A stretch of DNA of 10,781 nt from a bacterium (GTDB taxonomy: Bacteria; SZUA-182; DTGQ01). Numbering within the stretch: position 1 is the stretch's first letter; each line of letters opens with the position of its first letter. A program made the translations under genes and the position numbers. The DNA lies in the NCBI GenBank assembly GCA_040752695.1, contig JBFMGO010000150.1, positions 1 through 10,781 on the forward strand, read 5' to 3'. The notes under the pieces are model-generated. The model ran no database searches. It saw only the letters and a program-made list of their open reading frames with translations, and was not told the origin of the DNA. Below, piece after piece: positions 7,401 through 10,781 of this stretch.

Positions 7401-10400
7401 GAAGCTGATGGCATTCCCGGACACCAGACTACTATCCGAATAGAGAACCTGACAGGTTATTTTCATATTCGATCCTGGCCAGACAGGGCCTGTAGTCGAA
7501 ACAACGACTCTTTTGCTGATCAGGTACTGCTCCGCTCTGACAGGTTCCTGATTGCCGAAGATATCCACGCTGAAAAATTGCAGGCTTGTGTTGCCCGCAA
7601 TCATAATGGGCGCAGTGTAGAGGGGGGAGCCATTGGTGGGGGGTGAGCCGTCGGTGGTGTAATGAACGGCTGCCACCGTCGAATCGTCACTGGCGGACAG
7701 GGCGACCTTGGCCCAGCGGCTAAAGGTGCCGCCTGCCGGATTTACCTTTGTTTTGGGCGGGATCGTATCGAGAGTGAAGGCCGGGCTCTCTCCCTCGGCA
7801 AGATGGGCGAATGACTGACCGTCATCCGCCAGGATCTTGATTTTGCAGTCTTTCAGATAATGGCCGGGGAAATCGTCCCTGACTCTCCACGAGGCGGACA
7901 AAAGCTGGCCGCTCCGGGACTGCTGTCCCTGCCCCTGTCCCTGATCCAGCCCTTCCTGCCCCTGGGCTGCCACCTGGATTGCCTGCTGCATCCCTGCACC
8001 GGTCAGGCTGCGGCATGGCCGCCAGGCAGCCCCATCCCAGTACTGGAAGGACACATTCACCATAGTCTGCTCCTGATCGATGCAGCGGTAGCGAATGGCC
8101 ACCAGTCCGTCCGGCTGCTGACTGGCCGAGATATCAATGATGCTCGGCGGGGTGTTGCCGTTTGAAATGGTAAAGGGCGCATCCGATATAATCTCCGAGA
8201 TAATCTCTTTCCTGTCCGGCGACTGCTCACTCATGGCTGATAATCCCTCACTGCCCTGGTCAGGGGCTTTGCAGGTTATCTTGAGCAGGTAGTCCCCGTC
8301 AGCCATAAGAGCGGTATCCCAATCGTACAAGCCATCGTTTTCTTCTCCAGTGGCTACCGGCATCCAGGTATGTCCTCGATCGGCACTGCATGCGATATCC
8401 ACCATTATCCTGTCCGGTGGCAGCATTGCACCAGGCCCGTAGCTGCCTGGGTTGGCTTCCCATCGGATCTGAACCAGGCTTGAGAGTATTTCACTTCCCT
8501 GAGGAAACAGTATGCGGAAAAAGGGATTGTCGTCAATCAGTTCGAAGGCATTGCTCACTGAGGCGGTCAGACCGCTGCTCCCAGTGACTCTTACCGTGTA
8601 AAACCCTTCCGCCAGGCCGAAGGGGAGGATGGCAGTGGCTTCTTTTCCATCAGGGGTTACCTGCTCGATGCGGGCGAGCCCGAAGCACGGCAGAGGAAGT
8701 ATTTGCAGTCCGGAAGATCCTGAGGCGAGAAAGACATGATCCTGACTGAGAAAAAGCCCAAGGACCTGGCCGGACAGATCCGGGCCGAGAGTGGCCATAA
8801 GTAAAGGACGTTCGGGCCTTGTGATATCAATGACGGCAAGTCCAAAGTCACCATCAGCCACATAGGCATAATCGCCTGAAACAAAGATCCCCTGGCTCGA
8901 ACCCGGAGTATCGCACTCGCCGGTCATGATTGGCCGGTCTGGCCGACTGATGTCAATAATAGCCATGCCTGAATCACCGTCAGCCACATAGGCATAATTG
9001 CCCGCGATAAAGACATCCTGGCTTGAGCCCCGGGTATCGCACCTTCCGGTCATGATTGGCCGGTCAGGCCGGGTGATGTCAATGACGGTAAGGCCGAAAC
9101 TGCCATCTGCCACAAAGGCATGATTGCCCGATGCACAGACCTTCTGGCAGGAACCAGGGGTTTTGCAGCTTGCTGCAAAGGTCGGCTCCTCAGGGCGGCT
9201 TATGTCGATGACTGCAAGTCCAGAATCGCTGTCTGCCACCAAGGCATAATCACCTGCCGTAAAGACACCCTGGGCATTGCCCGGTGTATCGCAGGACCCT
9301 TTCAGAACGGGTCTTTCGGGATGGCTGATGTCTATGACCTGAAGACCGGCATCGCCATCCGCCAGGTAAGCATAATTATCGACGGCAAAGACCTCATAGG
9401 TACGGCCCGGTGTATCACAGCTTCCAGCTCCGGCCAGGGTAGGGTGGTCGATGTTGCCAAGATCGACTGCGGCAATGCCTGCATCGCCATCAGCTACATA
9501 GGCGTAGTCCCCCAGAATGAAGGTCCCGTAAGCCCATCCCGGCGTATTGCAGTTCCTGGATAGAGCCGGGCTGTCGATGTGACTGATATTGATTATCCGA
9601 AGGCCGCTGCCACCATCAGCCACATAAGCATAATCACCCAGAACGAAGGCGCCGCACGGGTCGCCTTGTGTGTGACACGTCCCCTTGAGGACCGGTCCTG
9701 ACGGATAGCTGATGTCAAGCATCAAAAGCCCTGTGTATCCATCCGTCAGATACGCGTAATTCCCCGAAACGGATATCCCGCAGGCCCAGCCCGAACCAGG
9801 ATCAAAATCATAGCTCCCCTTGAGCTTCGGATGACCGGGGCTTTGGATATCGATGACAAGAAGGCCAAAGTCGCCATCCGCCACATAGGCATAATCGCCT
9901 GCAACAAAGACACCCAGGGCGTGTCCCGGCGTATCGTAGCTTCCAGTCAGGACAGGCTTGTCAGGCTGGCCTATAGCGATAATCTCAAGGCCAAAGTCGT
10001 TATCCGCTACCCATGCATAATCTCCGGCAACAAAAACACCGCGAGCTGAGCCGGGAGTATCGAAACTCCCTGTCAGGACCGGCTGATCGGGCTGGCTTAC
10101 ATCGATAATCTGAAGGCCGCATGCGCCATCAGCCACATAAACAGAGCTCCCCCGTACATAAACCCCATAGGCATAACCGGCGGTATTGAAATTTCCCTTG
10201 AGAACCGGCTGATCAGGTTTACTGACATCAATGATTTGAAGGCCGGAATACCCATCGGCAACATAGGCATACTCTCCCAGGATCTGCACTCCGCAGGCCC
10301 AGCCGGGAGTATCACAGCCACCTCGCAAGACCGGCTGATCGGGCTGGCTGACATCAACGATCTGAAGGCCCATCGTGTCCGCAGCCACATAAGCGTAGTT

Positions 10401-10781
10401 GCCCTGGGCACATACATTTTGCGCCCAGCCTGAGACCTCGAAATCCCATTCCTGCACCATATCTTCTGCGTAGATACTTACTCTGGCATCCCTGGCAAGG
10501 TTTTCACCCCGGATGGATATCGGCGTGACGGTATTGGTATAATGTGGGCCTGGAGAAATCCACCTAATGACCGGTCCTCCCCCTTGAGCCAGGGCCGCAG
10601 AAGACATGGCCGGCAAAAGGAATAACGAGAGGAATAACGAAAGGAATAACAGGGGGAATGACAGTAGGAATGACAGTGGGGAAAAACTGTTGAAACACAT
10701 AATGGCCCTGCCTGAAATGAAACAGCCAGAGCAAGCCCTCTGACAGGTACTCTTTTTCATAACCTCTATAACCATACGCAT
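4407..10781 (-). CDS. Giant secreted/surface protein: signal peptide, IPT/TIG-like + 14 LVIVD repeats, Ig-like domains, CHB_HEX_C/Fn3-associated domain, TSP3-like Ca-binding repeats, second IPT/TIG-like + 6 LVIVD repeats, Ig-like, CHB_HEX_C, low-complexity tail
   Basis: 2124-aa uninterrupted ORF. Hydrophobic leader ending AALA|Q. 42-aa repeats GxYAYVADGxxGLxIIDISxPxxP. Two YTTDGSxP motifs (~7515-7770 and ~4985-5250). DxDxDG motifs. The start codon is uncertain: ATGs at 10781, 10775 and 10760 (MKK...), and the upstream sequence lies outside the window. Confidence 0.92.
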   Translation of the reverse strand: MRMVIEVMKKSTCQRACSGCFISGRAIMCFNSFSPLSFLLSFPLLFLSLFLSLFLLPAMSSAALAQGGGPVIRWISPGPHYTNTVTPISIRGENLARDARVSIYAEDMVQEWDFEVSGWAQNVCAQGNYAYVAADTMGLQIVDVSQPDQPVLRGGCDTPGWACGVQILGEYAYVADGYSGLQIIDVSKPDQPVLKGNFNTAGYAYGVYVRGSSVYVADGACGLQIIDVSQPDQPVLTGSFDTPGSARGVFVAGDYAWVADNDFGLEIIAIGQPDKPVLTGSYDTPGHALGVFVAGDYAYVADGDFGLLVIDIQSPGHPKLKGSYDFDPGSGWACGISVSGNYAYLTDGYTGLLMLDISYPSGPVLKGTCHTQGDPCGAFVLGDYAYVADGGSGLRIINISHIDSPALSRNCNTPGWAYGTFILGDYAYVADGDAGIAAVDLGNIDHPTLAGAGSCDTPGRTYEVFAVDNYAYLADGDAGLQVIDISHPERPVLKGSCDTPGNAQGVFTAGDYALVADSDSGLAVIDISRPEEPTFAASCKTPGSCQKVCASGNHAFVADGSFGLTVIDITRPDRPIMTGRCDTRGSSQDVFIAGNYAYVADGDSGMAIIDISRPDRPIMTGECDTPGSSQGIFVSGDYAYVADGDFGLAVIDITRPERPLLMATLGPDLSGQVLGLFLSQDHVFLASGSSGLQILPLPCFGLARIEQVTPDGKEATAILPFGLAEGFYTVRVTGSSGLTASVSNAFELIDDNPFFRILFPQGSEILSSLVQIRWEANPGSYGPGAMLPPDRIMVDIACSADRGHTWMPVATGEENDGLYDWDTALMADGDYLLKITCKAPDQGSEGLSAMSEQSPDRKEIISEIISDAPFTISNGNTPPSIIDISASQQPDGLVAIRYRCIDQEQTMVNVSFQYWDGAAWRPCRSLTGAGMQQAIQVAAQGQEGLDQGQGQGQQSRSGQLLSASWRVRDDFPGHYLKDCKIKILADDGQSFAHLAEGESPAFTLDTIPPKTKVNPAGGTFSRWAKVALSASDDSTVAAVHYTTDGSPPTNGSPLYTAPIMIAGNTSLQFFSVDIFGNQEPVRAEQYLISKRVVVSTTGPVWPGSNMKITCQVLYSDSSLVSGNAISFTISVSGSAAFDPNAVTGTVLQLNSGRNQAKVQTQGGKVVLNLTDDQAEEVHLSIQDTERMGLEISGSASWLLARFLDPDLDEDKDGLPNRLETSDCPKVDNPDSDGDGLPDGYERSHSCLDPCDASTPAATADSGHGASGDPDGDGIDNLAEYHWGTDPCLKDTDGDGLDDGLEWGSDVQHPLDSDADGLIDALELDSDGDRLPDGKEYFSLKTSSTSTDTDQDGKSDGFEVGPDPDHPAFCTDAQGGKCLCALDSGNAQGKPVIESIRPWWTTDGTAAIAVSGQNLTASTLIGIYGQEPPLEVGGYALGAGEASGVCILGNYAYLAAGRSGILIIDISQPDQPFLACAVPTSSFNALDICMAGQYPCVAAGYSGLLVLSQPDGQPVVKGTYNTPGYSNGVWAQGNLVYVADEWEGLQIIDISQPDQPVLKGSLATPDWTYGICGQGNYVYLAAGYSGLLAVDVSQPEDPVLVAGCTIPGSAVAVTVFEGCAYVVDSSSTLQVIDITYPAYPSLMTSIKLPARSQALGLSFSAEYLYLASGSAGLDIFTRPDSWHARTSEVNSSGTRINAILQGEIPPQGSCTVRALNPPYGKADSITLVFETTANTPPQVEVLSASQRMAGQQNGGSVVITYSCLDQEQSEVKILFQYWDGSRWKDCQTVTGSGTQPTGSNLTAVWGAQSDAAGKYLADCRIRIKADDEQSGNCLAEAESTPFPLDTKAPGITVAPVGGSYQTSPTVTLGTDEQTEEGTEKSTVLLYYTTDGSSPTLKSSIYADPIKLSGSTTLKILAVDSYGNQGTIRKEVYTVSAYVPPPPATWPQPITGSGWTPLPLPVTIPSPSSGFSTALTPAFGLPGSGNPLGSSSLFGTASGSFGLPGSSGSSGSFGLFGAYNSYSSYGLYGSFGSYSPYGSISSYGPFGSFNTSGNYLAPSGGYPAPSGGYWLPSGSGNYSAPSYNNYAYPANYGWFGDWGPSLLSSGAAGSIVSSSYSGFLSFPYSF
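4581..4622 (-). repeat. 21-bp coding tandem repeat (APSGGY-containing heptapeptide x2)
   Basis: gtaaccgcccgaaggtgccgg (4581..4601) and gtaaccgcccgaaggtgccag (4602..4622) differ by one base. Confidence 0.9.
4635..4800 (-). repeat. Degenerate 9-bp-period coding repeat (tripeptides [F/Y/S]-[G/S]-x)
   Basis: tgaaccgga tgagccgga tgagccggg taagccgaa tgagccgct etc. The protein reads FGL PGS SGS SGS FGL FGA YNS YSS YGL YGS FGS YSP YGS ISS YGP FGS FNT. Confidence 0.85.
5757..6467 (-). repeat. Second LVIVD repeat block (6 repeats, predicted beta-propeller)
   Basis: Six ~42-aa units from GEASGVCILGNYAYLAAG to LYLASGSAGLDIF. Confidence 0.85.
6708..7160 (-). repeat. Bacterial thrombospondin type-3-like Ca-binding repeats
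   Basis: Seven motifs: DEDKDG, DSDGDG, DPDGDG, DTDGDG, DSDADG, DSDGDR, DTDQDG, with the typical ...E...GTDP spacer. Confidence 0.85.
8688..10433 (-). repeat. First LVIVD repeat block (14 repeats, ~126-bp period)
   Basis: Fourteen ~42-aa units from SGWAQNVCAQGNYAYVAAD to HVFLASGSSGLQILPLP. Confidence 0.92.
10619..10678 (-). repeat. Five 12-bp tandem units encoding the signal peptide hydrophobic core
   Basis: + strand: ggaataacgaga ggaataacgaaa ggaataacaggg ggaatgacagta ggaatgacagtg, encoding PLSF LLSF PLLF LSLF LSLF on the minus strand. Confidence 0.88.

Noticed and set aside
4910..10433. Short alternative-frame and antisense ORFs inside the 2124-aa gene
   Set aside because: Expected by-products of GC-rich repetitive coding sequence.
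8688..10433. Regularly spaced DNA repeats as a possible CRISPR array or DGR template/variable pair
   Set aside because: The period is 126 bp, in frame and degenerate at codon third positions, so these are protein repeats. There are no unique spacers, no cas or reverse-transcriptase gene, and no adenine-specific mismatch pair that I could see.

Overview
Bacterial accessory region with two convergent genes for large secreted or surface proteins. The + strand gene (587..3727, 1046 aa) has a signal peptide, a nidogen/NIDO-like domain, Ig-like domains, a Reg_prop-type beta-propeller and a Trp/Tyr-rich tail. The - strand gene (4407..10781, up to 2124 aa) has a signal peptide, two IPT/TIG-like domains that each appear split by an LVIVD propeller, Ig-like and CHB_HEX_C/Fn3-associated domains, TSP3-like Ca-binding repeats and an almost uncharged Gly/Ser/aromatic tail. 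Between their 3' ends is an AT-richer DUF4258-DUF2283 putative toxin-antitoxin pair, with both genes apparently frameshifted near their 3' ends. A divergent gene (MNCPS...) probably starts at the left edge. The best candidate for something undescribed is the shared 'Pro-rich linker + aromatic low-complexity tail' on two unrelated exported proteins with no recognisable anchor, which could be a lineage-specific sorting or self-assembly signal. All family calls are by eye; no searches were run. I saw no rRNA, tRNA, CRISPR array, transposase or reverse transcriptase.
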